DNA of 64,000 nucleotides from an uncultured virus (IMG/VR IMGVR_UViG_3300031140_000597). Lineage: Duplodnaviria > Heunggongvirae > Uroviricota > Caudoviricetes. The notes below the pieces were generated by a model. It was not told the origin of the DNA. It did not search any database and saw only the letters and a program-made list of their open reading frames with translations. Each line of letters begins with the position of its first letter. The first letter of the stretch is position 1. Shown piece by piece: positions 20,739-31,457 of the stretch. The stretch lies in the IMG/VR virus record IMGVR_UViG_3300031140_000597, positions 1 to 64,000 of that record. One strand, written 5' to 3'. Made by a program: the position numbers and the translations under genes.

Positions 20739-20851
20739 TGTATCTGATATCATGGAACATGATTTTTCACTAACCATATATCACAAGAAAATTGGAATAG
20801 TGACACACCACCAAATATGTGCGTGGCTTGTTGTCACCATGAGGAATAAAA

Positions 20852-20959
20852 ATGAAGATCAAACTAGAGATAGAAATCGATACAGATAACGAGCAAGATC
20901 GAAATACTATTGAAGAAATTATTCAAAAGTTAGTAGAACTACAAGAAATGATGGAATAA
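20852..20959 (+). CDS. small hypothetical protein (MKIKLEIEIDT..., 35 aa)
   Basis: GAGG RBS, read manually. Confidence 0.55.
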   Translation: MKIKLEIEIDTDNEQDRNTIEEIIQKLVELQEMME

Positions 20960-21061
20960 AAAATGAAGATAGAAAATAACAATAGTATGATATTTGATGC
21001 AGAGGGATATCGTGCATACCACCCCGTGGGATGAAATAAGTGAAATAATTTATAATAAGGG

Positions 21062-21090
21062 TTGACAAGTAAGAACTATTGTTATACAAT
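21062..21090 (+). promoter_or_regulatory. sigma70-type promoter
   Basis: TTGACA-N17-TACAAT. Confidence 0.7.
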
Positions 21091-21127
21091 AGTTAAGTAA
21101 GTTAATCAATCAAGAAAGGAAGTACAC

Positions 21128-23278
21128 ATGGGTTCATTACAGTTGGCAAAAGTAATTAAGGCAGCAGTCAGAGTAACCAATACAAAATCAACATTCAAAT
21201 ATAGCAAAGCGAGATACACGCATTATAGTGTAGCCGAATATTTAAAAATGTTGGGTGGTCATGATGGTCAGCAACTTGCAATCGCACATGGACAGCGTTC
21301 TCCTGTATATGGCCCATTGAAAATGATGCATTTGGTGTCTAGCATATTTAATGGAATGTCAATTCCAGAATTAACATGTGCACGTCACTCTATTCAACAT
21401 TATGAGGATACCATTAAAACGTCTTTAGAGATTCCACCGCACATCATTACTAAAGGCGAGAATGCAACACTGTTAAATCGTAAAAATATGACGTATATTA
21501 AGAAGAATATTGATTTCATCCTTGATCTTATTGATGGACAACAGCGTACTATTTCACTATCAGTTGCCTTCAATGGATCATATAATGGTGATATTATGTA
21601 CCTAAAATTAGATGATGTAAATGTAGATGAAGATGGTGCAATTGAGTTCAATAAAAGTGATTTTGCATTTTATTCGTCTGCTGCTGATGCACCTGTTAAC
21701 TCTATATGTATTTCACGTATGCGTGAATTTGAGAATTTCACCAGCGAAGATATTTACAATGAATTGGAATTGCAATCAAACACTGACGATGAACGAGAGA
21801 AACTTCTAACTATCATTGATCAGATGCATGATGCAATCTTTGATAGAGAATTATTGACGCTTAAATATTACTCAAACCCTAGTGCAGCCGAAAGAACAGA
21901 ACTATTTGTAACGCCAAATTCGACAAGCACGGATGTAACTGATATTGATTTGTGTTACAATGCGTTATCAGAAAAATATTATGATGAAATGAATCAATTG
22001 TCTGAGCGATTGGGCAAATTCTTTATGTCTTATGGCGTGTCAGATGCTAAAGTTTCAAGAGATTTCGCATTGCGGTTAATGATTGTAACATGTAGCCCAA
22101 AGCACTCAAAAATGAATGATCACGTGACTCGGTTAGGAGAGGGTAAAGACCCATTTGGAAAGTATGAGCATTGTTATCTTGATTTTATTGGTCGTCTAGA
22201 TGATATGTTATCACGTATAGACAATGAATTAAAATCAAATGGTGTATTACGTTCATCTATTGCAGATCAATTTGCGTATGTAAATAATGATGAAGCAATT
22301 GTTGCAACACTAACATTATTTATTGTAATGGCATATGAAGCGTCAAAAAATAATGCAAACATGTTAAGTAGTAAAATGTCTGGACCTAAATTAGATCAAA
22401 TGCTATATATGTTTTCACGACACAGGTCGCTGAATGTACTAGCACAAAATGTGAATAAGCAAGAGAAAGCCAATCGGTTCCGTATGATTTCGGATGCAGC
22501 AAGGGCAATGGTTTATGGTGTTAAGCGTGATGATGAAGTTGAAATTGGTAAGGTATTTAAGCCGTTAACATGGACAGGTTCAGAAATTGGTTACAATGCT
22601 ATTGATCAGACGTTGTTCGTAGAGGTAGGTGCAGTACCAAACTTTATGCAAAGTATCAAACATGACGCTGCATATGTTGCACTATCTGTATTTACAGATG
22701 GTAATCAAAGAAAGCCTGATACACAACTTGAACACATTGTATCCCAACAGGTTGTTGCGAAGAATGCCTTTGACGTGTTGATTAATCAGCGATCAACAGG
22801 TTATGTCGATCATAGAGGATTGTCTGCCTTCGTTAAAGATACCAATAATACACTTGCAAACATGTGTATTCTGCCTCAAACGGTAAACGCATCTTTGAGC
22901 GCGTGTCCAACAGTGGTTAGCAAAATAAGTAAGTTATCAGATGCTACTGAGTTCTCTTCGGGCATACTAAGTATGGTACTACGTGAATATGGAATTGGCA
23001 ATTATGTAGAGGCGGCAGAAGGGGCATTGTTCATAGAGAATGCACCATTCCAAGCCTTCGCTATTTACTGTAAGAATGTTAGGATGCAGCAATTTACTAA
23101 TAATCTTATGTTAAGTAATATGAATAAGCCGACACAAGTTGCTATGACGATAGATGAAATGCTAGAACGATTCTTCAAAACGTACTTAGTAACTGAGTTA
23201 GGTACGAGTAAGTATGGTACTGAACTAGATGATAAGTTAAAGGCAGCAGTTAAGGATTATGGGTATATCATTGGATAA
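21128..23278 (+). CDS. GmrSD/SspE-like protein (DUF262 ParB-like N-domain + DUF1524 HNH-like C-domain)
   Basis: QR near N-terminus, LIDGQQRT signature; C-terminal LEHIVSQ...NTLANMCIL...N.SLS. Confidence 0.72.
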   Translation: MGSLQLAKVIKAAVRVTNTKSTFKYSKARYTHYSVAEYLKMLGGHDGQQLAIAHGQRSPVYGPLKMMHLVSSIFNGMSIPELTCARHSIQHYEDTIKTSLEIPPHIITKGENATLLNRKNMTYIKKNIDFILDLIDGQQRTISLSVAFNGSYNGDIMYLKLDDVNVDEDGAIEFNKSDFAFYSSAADAPVNSICISRMREFENFTSEDIYNELELQSNTDDEREKLLTIIDQMHDAIFDRELLTLKYYSNPSAAERTELFVTPNSTSTDVTDIDLCYNALSEKYYDEMNQLSERLGKFFMSYGVSDAKVSRDFALRLMIVTCSPKHSKMNDHVTRLGEGKDPFGKYEHCYLDFIGRLDDMLSRIDNELKSNGVLRSSIADQFAYVNNDEAIVATLTLFIVMAYEASKNNANMLSSKMSGPKLDQMLYMFSRHRSLNVLAQNVNKQEKANRFRMISDAARAMVYGVKRDDEVEIGKVFKPLTWTGSEIGYNAIDQTLFVEVGAVPNFMQSIKHDAAYVALSVFTDGNQRKPDTQLEHIVSQQVVAKNAFDVLINQRSTGYVDHRGLSAFVKDTNNTLANMCILPQTVNASLSACPTVVSKISKLSDATEFSSGILSMVLREYGIGNYVEAAEGALFIENAPFQAFAIYCKNVRMQQFTNNLMLSNMNKPTQVAMTIDEMLERFFKTYLVTELGTSKYGTELDDKLKAAVKDYGYIIG

Positions 23279-23309
23279 TATAAAAGTCAGGGTAAATGTA
23301 AAGTTTACC

Positions 23310-23337
23310 TTGACAAATATAATTTATGATGTATAAT
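23310..23337 (+). promoter_or_regulatory. sigma70-type promoter
   Basis: TTGACA-N16-TATAAT. Confidence 0.6.
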
Positions 23338-23382
23338 AATAACACTAATTGATAATAATATTAATTAAAATTGGAGAAGTAA

Positions 23383-24138
23383 ATGAATACACGTGACGTA
23401 ATACAAGATATTGTAAAACACACAGCAGGTCCCGCTGGATTTACAGCAGTTAAATTAACAAGTTCTGATACAGAAACAACACTTGACGCGATGAACGCAG
23501 ATCGTACAGTTATCTTGAAGGGTAAACTTCATAACGCTGCACCTGAGTTTCAAGGTGAAATCGGTATGGGTAATCTAGGCTTCTTAGCAGGAGTTTCTGG
23601 TCTTGGTGCATATTCAACTCAATCAGAGAATGCTACTGTCACAGTAGTAACACGAGATCGCAATGGTGTTGATACGCCTGATCATTTGTTATTCAAAGAT
23701 GGTGATGGTAATAAAGATCAGTATCGCTTTATGAGTAAAGAGATTATAGATCAAACATTAAAAACTGTTACATTCAAAGGTGTTGAATGGGATATCGCAT
23801 TTGAACCTACCAAAGCGAAAGTAACAGAATTGCAACAAGTCGCAGCAATCTATGGTGACATTGAACCTAACTTTACTGTTAAGACAGAAGATGGTAACTT
23901 GGTTGTTACTGTTGGTGCAGCAGATGGTTCTTATACAGGTAAGCGTATCTTTGCAACCAATGTAAATGGTACATTATCACAAGGCTATGCATGGCCTCTA
24001 TCGCAAGTATTGGCTATCCTAAAATTGGGTATGTCTAGTTCATGTGTAATGCAAATTTCAGCACGCGGCGCTCTACAGATTTCAGTAGATTCTGGCATTG
24101 CTAAGTATGACTATATCCTTCCTGCTCTAACGGTGTAA
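23383..24138 (+). CDS. putative DNA polymerase sliding clamp (gp45/PCNA-like)
   Basis: 251 aa, clamp-like size and beta/alpha pattern, DRTVI..., C-terminal KYDYILPA; resemblance recalled, not searched. Confidence 0.6.
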   Translation: MNTRDVIQDIVKHTAGPAGFTAVKLTSSDTETTLDAMNADRTVILKGKLHNAAPEFQGEIGMGNLGFLAGVSGLGAYSTQSENATVTVVTRDRNGVDTPDHLLFKDGDGNKDQYRFMSKEIIDQTLKTVTFKGVEWDIAFEPTKAKVTELQQVAAIYGDIEPNFTVKTEDGNLVVTVGAADGSYTGKRIFATNVNGTLSQGYAWPLSQVLAILKLGMSSSCVMQISARGALQISVDSGIAKYDYILPALTV

Positions 24139-24141
24139 TGT

Positions 24142-25635
24142 ATGGCGAATTTGACTGATACTAATGAAGATTACGCTGTATGGCTACCTAGCATCAGCAA
24201 TTTCTATAATAATATCATTACACGGTATCACCATCAGGGGGATGGTTATTTTCCTCCTGAGCGTATACCCGTGGGACTTGAACATGGTTTAGCAGGTTGT
24301 AATTTCTTAAAAGAAGATGATTCATATTTTCAATATAAATGGGGATTATATTCGGTTGGACATGCTCAGCGAGATATCACTAAGACTGATAAGCGTGACA
24401 TGATCATTCAAACACGTGATAGAAGTAAGACTTTTATCATGGGTGATTCTGGTGGTTATCAAATCGTAACTGGTGTTATCAAGTGTGATTGGAAGAATTT
24501 CAAGACAGATGATAGTTTACGTCATCAAGTGTTGAATTGGCTTGAACACACCGCAGATTATAGTATGATTCTTGATGTTCCCACGCTTGCCACATTGCCG
24601 CAGTATTCAGCGACTAGTGGTATCAAAGATTTCCAACAGTGTCTTGATTATACTAAGTTTAATGCTGACTTCTTTGTAAAGAACAGAAAGTTTGAAACTA
24701 AATACTTAAATGTTATGCAAGGTATGAATGAGCAAGAATCTCGTGTATGGTATGATGCAGTTAAGCATTATCCATTTGAGGGTTGGGCATTTTCTGGTGC
24801 TTGTAAGTCAAACAAAATTGATATCTTATTACGCAGACTAATTCAGATGCGTGATGACAAATTACTTGAGCGAGGCGAACGAGATTTAGTTCATGTGCTA
24901 GGTGTAGGCAAACTCGAACTTGCTGTAGTTTATACTGCAATAAAACGAGCGTTGCGCGAGCATGTAAATTCTGATATGGAATTTACATTTGACGCAGCAT
25001 CGCCATTCATTGGTGCATCGAAGGGTGAAATCTACGCTGAATCAATATATAAGAGTGAATCATTTAGGTTACAGACTGATCGATTCATTAATGATAAATC
25101 ATTAAAGGGTAGTACAGTACGGTTGCCTTATCGTTCACCTATTGCAGATCGTTTAACGATGGGCGATATGTGTTATCAAGGAGTAGGTGCGCTTGATAAG
25201 AACGGAGATGTATCAAAGACAAGTTGGGATTCATTGACTTATATGTTGATGCAAGGTCACAACACGTATTCTCATATTGAATCTATTCAACGAGCAAATC
25301 GCTTTGCAGATGCTACCATGCCATTAATTAATACAGATCATAACTTATGGTCACAAGTAAGTGGTAAGGGCAAAGCCCGACAGATTGATGATCATATTCC
25401 AGTAGAAGTGGTTTATATGATCAATTTCATTGAGAAATTGTTTAAGAGTGAAACTCCTATGACAATGATTAATGAGGCTGAAAGTTTGTTTGCTAAGTTC
25501 AGTAGACAGAAATCAGTAAAGAACAGTGACGTATTATTTTCTAATCTATTTCAGATGGGTGATGATGCAACTGTAGACTCTGATGAGGAAATCGAACAAG
25601 ATATCTCAGAAGAATTTTTAGAAACATTAACTTAA
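24142..25635 (+). CDS. tRNA-guanine transglycosylase-like protein (TGT/DpdA-like)
   Basis: GDSGGYQ, MILDVP, LNVMQG, GWAFSG, VHVLG, TFDAASP motifs of the TGT barrel; near folE and queE. Confidence 0.8.
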   Translation: MANLTDTNEDYAVWLPSISNFYNNIITRYHHQGDGYFPPERIPVGLEHGLAGCNFLKEDDSYFQYKWGLYSVGHAQRDITKTDKRDMIIQTRDRSKTFIMGDSGGYQIVTGVIKCDWKNFKTDDSLRHQVLNWLEHTADYSMILDVPTLATLPQYSATSGIKDFQQCLDYTKFNADFFVKNRKFETKYLNVMQGMNEQESRVWYDAVKHYPFEGWAFSGACKSNKIDILLRRLIQMRDDKLLERGERDLVHVLGVGKLELAVVYTAIKRALREHVNSDMEFTFDAASPFIGASKGEIYAESIYKSESFRLQTDRFINDKSLKGSTVRLPYRSPIADRLTMGDMCYQGVGALDKNGDVSKTSWDSLTYMLMQGHNTYSHIESIQRANRFADATMPLINTDHNLWSQVSGKGKARQIDDHIPVEVVYMINFIEKLFKSETPMTMINEAESLFAKFSRQKSVKNSDVLFSNLFQMGDDATVDSDEEIEQDISEEFLETLT

Positions 25636-25659
25636 CTTAAACTAAACGGAGAAATCAAC

Positions 25660-25866
25660 ATGGCTAAGAAAATTAGACTTATTGACGATGTAGAAAATAA
25701 TGATTCATTATCATTGACAGAAGCACCGAAGGGTGATATGATTGATACAGCATTTACAAAAGAAGACGCTGCAACACTTATGAAACTTGCAGAAGCGATT
25801 GATTGGAAATTATGGGAGTTGTTAAAATTCACTCGTAAATTCGAAGCAACCGAAGATGAAACATAA
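25660..25866 (+). CDS. hypothetical protein
   Basis: GGAG RBS; EAIDWKLWE motif. Confidence 0.65.
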   Translation: MAKKIRLIDDVENNDSLSLTEAPKGDMIDTAFTKEDAATLMKLAEAIDWKLWELLKFTRKFEATEDET

Positions 25867-25896
25867 CTTTAACTATTAACTAATTGGTATATTATT

Positions 25897-26259
25897 ATGA
25901 CCACAGATACAGCAGCACCAGCATCCCAGTATAAGCCCTCGGCGCCTCGTCTACCATCACTATACATTAGTGGGTATTACACCTTACACGATATTAAGTT
26001 TGATTTGTTGAAGATCATTGAGCCATACGATGGTTATATGTTTAATCGCAAAGATACCGAACATGTTCGTGGATTGTTTAATAACTTTTTGAGTGATCTT
26101 CGTCGTGCATACAAGTTGCGTGAATACAATATCTATACTACCGTGAAGGATAATGCTATTACATTTGATGTAACAGTAAAGATTCACAAAGATCGTGCAG
26201 TAAAGAAATTGAAAATCCACGTAGGTCGTTTGAACTACGTATCTCCAACTCACTCTTAG
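25897..26259 (+). CDS. hypothetical protein
   Basis: ORF in operon. Confidence 0.6.
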   Translation: MTTDTAAPASQYKPSAPRLPSLYISGYYTLHDIKFDLLKIIEPYDGYMFNRKDTEHVRGLFNNFLSDLRRAYKLREYNIYTTVKDNAITFDVTVKIHKDRAVKKLKIHVGRLNYVSPTHS

Positions 26260-26268
26260 GAGTATAAG

Positions 26269-26955
26269 ATGTCAGTATCAAGTAAAATTAAACAGCGCCT
26301 CACTGATGCCGATCATCGACATTGGGCAGGGGATAATATTTCAGAATATATCATGGATGGTGAACACGATGAACTTATTGTAGAACTTACTGAAAAGTTC
26401 GAAGGTGTTCTTAATAGTTTAATAATTGATACAGTCAATGATCCCAATTCGCAAGATACTGGACGACGACTTGCTAAAATGTATGTGACAGAATTAATGA
26501 GTGGGCGTTATTATCCTGCTCCTTCTGCTACTGCATTTCCAAACAATAGCAGTGATCCGTTTAAAGGTATGTTGGTAGTTAGATCTGAAATCAAATCAAT
26601 GTGTTCACATCATCATCAACCTGTAACTGGTGTTGTTTATATTGGCATCTTACCGGAAGATAAAGTAATTGGATTAAGTAAGTACACGCGTATTGCACAA
26701 TGGTGTGCAAGGCGTGGAACGCTTCAAGAAGAACTTGCAAATGATATTGCTCGTGAAATTGAGAAGGCTACCGATAGTAAGCATCTTGCAGTGTATATTC
26801 AAGCCGAGCATGGCTGTTGCACTAATCGAGGCATTATGGCACATAGTTCGTTAACACAAACTACTGTACTTAGAGGTAATTTCTTCGTTAAGGCTTCTGT
26901 TAAAGAAGAGTTCTTTGATAATATTAAAATGCAACAATCATTTGCACCGAGGTAA
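26269..26955 (+). CDS. folE: GTP cyclohydrolase I
   Basis: T..RLAKMY, SMCSHH, VIGLSK..R, R..LQE, EHGC...RG motifs. Confidence 0.96.
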   Translation: MSVSSKIKQRLTDADHRHWAGDNISEYIMDGEHDELIVELTEKFEGVLNSLIIDTVNDPNSQDTGRRLAKMYVTELMSGRYYPAPSATAFPNNSSDPFKGMLVVRSEIKSMCSHHHQPVTGVVYIGILPEDKVIGLSKYTRIAQWCARRGTLQEELANDIAREIEKATDSKHLAVYIQAEHGCCTNRGIMAHSSLTQTTVLRGNFFVKASVKEEFFDNIKMQQSFAPR

Positions 26956-26957
26956 TT

Positions 26958-27503
26958 ATGAATAAAAGAGTATATTACAGTTGGGAAGACGTTGAGCATA
27001 TGCTTGCGACAATCAATAATGAAATGGCAGCCGATGGTTGGCGCCCAGACTACATTGTAGGTATGACACGTGGCGGTCTGGTACCAGCAGTTATGTTGAG
27101 CAACTTGACTGGCATTAAAATGCATGCACTAGGTAAAGATGACACCAATGCGTGGATGTCAGAAGATGCAGTGGGATGGGAAGACACTACTAATGACGGT
27201 GATGCTATCGTTCCAGATGTAAACCATCCTAATAATAGATCTAACATTCTTGTTATCGATGATATCAATCATTCTGGTAAATCTTTTAATTGGCTAAAGT
27301 CTGATTGGAAAAGTACATCGGCTCAACCTGACTTTGCATGGGATGATATCTGGCATGGAAATGTTAGATTTGCATCATTGGTAGACAATGAAGCAAGTTT
27401 ATTCACAGATGTTGATTATGCAGCAATCGAGATGAATAAGATCGACAAGCCTGTATGGTGTGTATTCCCTTGGGAAGCAGAACGCGATTATGGCAACTTA
27501 TAA
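26958..27503 (+). CDS. type I phosphoribosyltransferase (Gpt-like)
   Basis: VGMTRGGLVPA, ILVIDDINHSGKS PRPP loop, W.VFPWE. Confidence 0.88.
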   Translation: MNKRVYYSWEDVEHMLATINNEMAADGWRPDYIVGMTRGGLVPAVMLSNLTGIKMHALGKDDTNAWMSEDAVGWEDTTNDGDAIVPDVNHPNNRSNILVIDDINHSGKSFNWLKSDWKSTSAQPDFAWDDIWHGNVRFASLVDNEASLFTDVDYAAIEMNKIDKPVWCVFPWEAERDYGNL

Positions 27504-27801
27504 TAACCAATCAGATGTATGTGTAGACACAATAGATGGTTCATCTATAACAACTGACTTCATACATCCGAGTTATGCTGTTGGCAGACTAACGTCAGAT
27601 ATGCGTAATAGTGTTATCATAAATACACCAGATGGTAATACTATTGATCTAGTAGAATCATTAAATGAATCCAATATGTTACTAGGTGTTATGACTACCT
27701 TATTGAATAATCTCATCAAAGAGAATCCTAGCATCACTAGTGCACAATCTATTGAGGAATTATTAGATCAGCAAAAAATGATGAATAAGTTAGCCAAATA
27801 A
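27490..27801 (+). CDS. hypothetical protein
   Basis: ATG 27490 overlapping the PRT end. Confidence 0.55.
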   Translation: MATYNNQSDVCVDTIDGSSITTDFIHPSYAVGRLTSDMRNSVIINTPDGNTIDLVESLNESNMLLGVMTTLLNNLIKENPSITSAQSIEELLDQQKMMNKLAK

Positions 27802-27803
27802 GG

Positions 27804-27832
27804 TTGACAAGTAATGATTCTTGCTGTATACT
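27804..27832 (+). promoter_or_regulatory. sigma70-type promoter
   Basis: TTGACA-N17-TATACT with extended -10 TG. Confidence 0.75.
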
Positions 27833-27865
27833 TAATATATAAGTTAATTAAACAGTGAGAACATT

Positions 27866-30625
27866 ATGATTAAATTTAAAAAGACAATTACTGCATTATC
27901 AATTGCATTGGCAATGGGTTTCACAGCAGTACCTATTCAGGCAGAAGCAGCGTATAAGTCATACTATGATTACGCGTCTAGCATCAAACGCCAACGTTCA
28001 CAAATTAATTTCGTAACCACTATGTTAAGAAGTTATACTCGCACTGTTAAAGTATATGGTAATCTTATCAGCAAATATGGCGCTAAGTATGGTCATTACT
28101 CTTGGTTCCGTCCTATCATTCAACGCCACGCATTCTATGAAACAGAAGTAGCGCGTTACACACAATTATTAAATTCCATTCAAGACACATCAGTCACGAT
28201 AGTTTCTTCTTCTACTCGTGTTGAACCATATGTACAAACTACAAATAGCAAGCCAGTATTGATCTCGTCTACTGACACGGTTGAAAAAGAAACTGATGCT
28301 GGTATGATTTCTGAATATGCAGTTTTGACACTGGTGTCTGAAATCATCACTACTGTTCGTACATTTGAAATGACTATTATTGATACATCGTACAGTGATG
28401 GTACAAATGATTCAAAGCGCACAGCAAAACTACTAGACACTACAAACACACCAAATCGTGAAACAACTCGTGATCGTGAATTGATTCGTAGTTATCCTGT
28501 TCCTGTTATTGTGGATGAATCGCCTGTACAAGTAGCAGAAGGCGAAACAGGTATAAAGACAGTCGATGCAATGACGGTTGAAGAATATCTTGCTCGTGAT
28601 GATGTTGATTATTCACAGACAGACACATATCGTCAAGCAGCATGGAATACTAATTCACGCACTAACGCAGATTTCATCGAGCGAGAGAGTGGTTTGGCGC
28701 CTTATGCTAGATCATTAGATGCCATTGGTGCACCAGAAGCATGGGCACGTGGTTGGACAGGCAAGGGATCTATCATTGGTATTGTAGATTCTGGCATTGA
28801 TCTAGATCATAGTGAATTTGCTGGTAAGATTATCGATGCAAAATGTTTCACACGAGCGTGTGATCTTGGTTATGAAACAGTGCACGATATCACGAAGGTT
28901 AGTCATGGAACGCACGTTGCAGGCATCGCATCTGCAAGTTTAGATGGTGTAGGTACCACAGGCGTAGCACCAGATGCAAAGTTATTGATTGCAAAGGCAA
29001 GCACAGGCACCTACGGATCGTTTGATTTAAAAGCCGCAGCAAAGGGTATTGCTTGGGCAGCAGCGAATGGTGCTGATGTCATTAACTTGAGTGCAAACTA
29101 TAATGTAGATACAACATACAAAAATAGCATTCTAGAGATCGGTGATGGATTCTATCGTTCAACTGATCAACGTGGTCGTGATGGAAAAACTTATGAAACG
29201 AATGGGTATTCGTTCTTACAGACAGATTGGTTGCCAGAAGATATGAAAGCAGCGATGGAAGGTCATGAATCTGTTTTAGTTGCAGCCGCTGGTAATCAGG
29301 GTTTAGATTTTAGTACATTCCCTGCGCATTATGCAGTACTTGAAAACGATGATGGTACATTGGCATTAGACGGGCGTGTTATTGTAGCGGGTTCTTATGA
29401 CTTGCGTAGTGAGCAAATTTCTAGATGGAGTAACAAGGCTGGTACTGTATGTTTTGATTATGATGAAACAGCAGACATGTGCAATACTGATCACCGTGTA
29501 AGTGATTACTTTTTGATGGCACCTGGCTCATATGTAGCATCTACTGATAGCAATGGGGAGTATCGTTTAAATACTGGTACATCAATGGCGGCACCTATGA
29601 TCGCTGGTGCAGTCGCAGTGGTCAAGCAGATGTGGCCACACATGAAAGGTGAGAATCTTGCTAAGTTATTATTGAATACTGGTGATAAAGATATTCCTAA
29701 TTATGATGTAAATGTTCACGGACAAGGGCTACTTGATTTGGCAGAAGCAACTACACCACAAGGTGTTGTTGGTATACCTACCACGGGTCGCGTAGAAGGT
29801 GGTAAGACTTCAGTTACGAATTCGGGCACTGCTAGTGTATCGGGTGTTAATATTTCAGCATTGTCATCAATGATGGTAGTTGATGATTATGATCGTGACT
29901 TCTATGTAAACGGCAATGATTTAATTCAAAGTATTGATACTCGTACAGTACATACAACTCATGCAGCACAAAGTGGTATAGCAGCAGATCAGTATGCAGG
30001 CTTCTCTACTGGTATTCGATTATCTGCACAGGGAATTGATTATAGTGTCAGTGATGAAGGTGCACATATTGCTACTACACTTAACGACATTACGATCGGT
30101 GCAGTAGTAGAGAGCAACACATTCTTAGGTAATTATGCAGATAGTATGCTGATCGATGTTAACGGTGCCAATACATTATACATGGGTTACAATAAAGAAT
30201 ATGAAACTAATGGTGTGACTTATTTCGGAGGTGCAAATATTGGTTTAACATCATTGAATGTTGGTGATAATGCAATGATGAAATCTGCAAGTTCATTAGT
30301 AAGTAACTCTGCCACACTTGGTGCTAAGTTTAAAACTGCACATGGTACATTCGGATTTGTTGCAGCACTACCAGTAGCGATCGCCCAAGGTGATGCTAAA
30401 TTTGATGTAGCAGCATCGGTATCGTCAGTGGGTGATATTACCACGAACCATATGACAAGTTCATTGTCATCACAGACGCGTGAGTATAATCTTGGCATGT
30501 TCTATGATACCGCTATTACTGATAACGTAGACATTGAAATGTTTGCAGAAGCACGTAATAACTATACAGGTACAGCAGGATTACTTGCAATGGAAGCAGG
30601 TGTGACGTTAACTGGAACATTCTAA
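27866..30625 (+). CDS. secreted S8 (subtilisin-like) serine protease with possible C-terminal beta-barrel
   Basis: signal peptide; triad motifs IVDSGID, HGTHVAG, AAGN, GTSMAAP; beta-rich C-terminus ending in Phe. Confidence 0.92.
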   Translation: MIKFKKTITALSIALAMGFTAVPIQAEAAYKSYYDYASSIKRQRSQINFVTTMLRSYTRTVKVYGNLISKYGAKYGHYSWFRPIIQRHAFYETEVARYTQLLNSIQDTSVTIVSSSTRVEPYVQTTNSKPVLISSTDTVEKETDAGMISEYAVLTLVSEIITTVRTFEMTIIDTSYSDGTNDSKRTAKLLDTTNTPNRETTRDRELIRSYPVPVIVDESPVQVAEGETGIKTVDAMTVEEYLARDDVDYSQTDTYRQAAWNTNSRTNADFIERESGLAPYARSLDAIGAPEAWARGWTGKGSIIGIVDSGIDLDHSEFAGKIIDAKCFTRACDLGYETVHDITKVSHGTHVAGIASASLDGVGTTGVAPDAKLLIAKASTGTYGSFDLKAAAKGIAWAAANGADVINLSANYNVDTTYKNSILEIGDGFYRSTDQRGRDGKTYETNGYSFLQTDWLPEDMKAAMEGHESVLVAAAGNQGLDFSTFPAHYAVLENDDGTLALDGRVIVAGSYDLRSEQISRWSNKAGTVCFDYDETADMCNTDHRVSDYFLMAPGSYVASTDSNGEYRLNTGTSMAAPMIAGAVAVVKQMWPHMKGENLAKLLLNTGDKDIPNYDVNVHGQGLLDLAEATTPQGVVGIPTTGRVEGGKTSVTNSGTASVSGVNISALSSMMVVDDYDRDFYVNGNDLIQSIDTRTVHTTHAAQSGIAADQYAGFSTGIRLSAQGIDYSVSDEGAHIATTLNDITIGAVVESNTFLGNYADSMLIDVNGANTLYMGYNKEYETNGVTYFGGANIGLTSLNVGDNAMMKSASSLVSNSATLGAKFKTAHGTFGFVAALPVAIAQGDAKFDVAASVSSVGDITTNHMTSSLSSQTREYNLGMFYDTAITDNVDIEMFAEARNNYTGTAGLLAMEAGVTLTGTF

Positions 30626-30642
30626 AATATAACAATAACAAA

Positions 30643-30665
30643 TAGGGACGCAATGCGTCCCTTAG
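30643..30665 (+). terminator. GC-rich hairpin, putative terminator
   Basis: AGGGACGC-AAT-GCGTCCCT. Confidence 0.55.
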
Positions 30666-30681
30666 TCATGAGAAAGAAACA

Positions 30682-31125
30682 ATGAATAATAAACAAGTAG
30701 TAGGATTCACCTGTAGTACATTTGATTTGCTACACTCTGGTCACATACAGATGTTACGTGATGCAAAAGAACACTGTGACTATTTAATATGTGGATTGCA
30801 AATTGATCCTACCATTGATAGATCAGAGAAGAACGCACCCATACAGACAGTGGTTGAACGATATAATCAGTTACAAGCAGTTAAGTACGTAGATGAAATC
30901 ATTCCGTATGCGACTGAGGAAGACCTAAAAGATATACTAGAAATGTATAATATTAATGTCCGTATCTTAGGTGAAGAATATAGAAACAAAGAATTCACAG
31001 GCAAAGATATATGTAGTCGCCGTAGCATACAGTTATTTTTTAACAATCGTGATCATCGTTTTTCTAGCAGTGATTTACGTAAGCGTATAGCAGATAGTCA
31101 AAAGCACAAAGAAGAAATAAAATGA
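30682..31125 (+). CDS. glycerol-3-phosphate cytidylyltransferase-like (TagD family)
   Basis: STFDLLHSGH (HxGH), ER...L..VKYVDE, R.H.FSSS.LR. Confidence 0.9.
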   Translation: MNNKQVVGFTCSTFDLLHSGHIQMLRDAKEHCDYLICGLQIDPTIDRSEKNAPIQTVVERYNQLQAVKYVDEIIPYATEEDLKDILEMYNINVRILGEEYRNKEFTGKDICSRRSIQLFFNNRDHRFSSSDLRKRIADSQKHKEEIK

Positions 31126-31442
31126 AACAAGAATATAGGGTATGGAATTACTTAGAATCGGAAATGACGATTGATGGAAATTGGGTGTCACATAACCATA
31201 AAATGTTTACAGCTAACAAGCGCACCAACCAGAATCATAGTTGTCGTGATATAATGCTTATGTTTCTTACCGACAATCAAGCACCTAGTAACTTCTTATT
31301 AGAGATGGGTGTGTCGTTACGTGTTGAACATACAAGAGATGATAACCTAAGAGAATCAAGATTTGCTATTATTGCAGAAATGACACCTAATGAAAATAGG
31401 TTGTGGGAAGAGCATCGTTTTTTACAGAAATTACAGGCGTAG
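31122..31442 (+). CDS. hypothetical protein
   Basis: ATGA coupling. Confidence 0.6.
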   Translation: MKQEYRVWNYLESEMTIDGNWVSHNHKMFTANKRTNQNHSCRDIMLMFLTDNQAPSNFLLEMGVSLRVEHTRDDNLRESRFAIIAEMTPNENRLWEEHRFLQKLQA

Positions 31443-31457
31443 GTAGAGGAATACATT

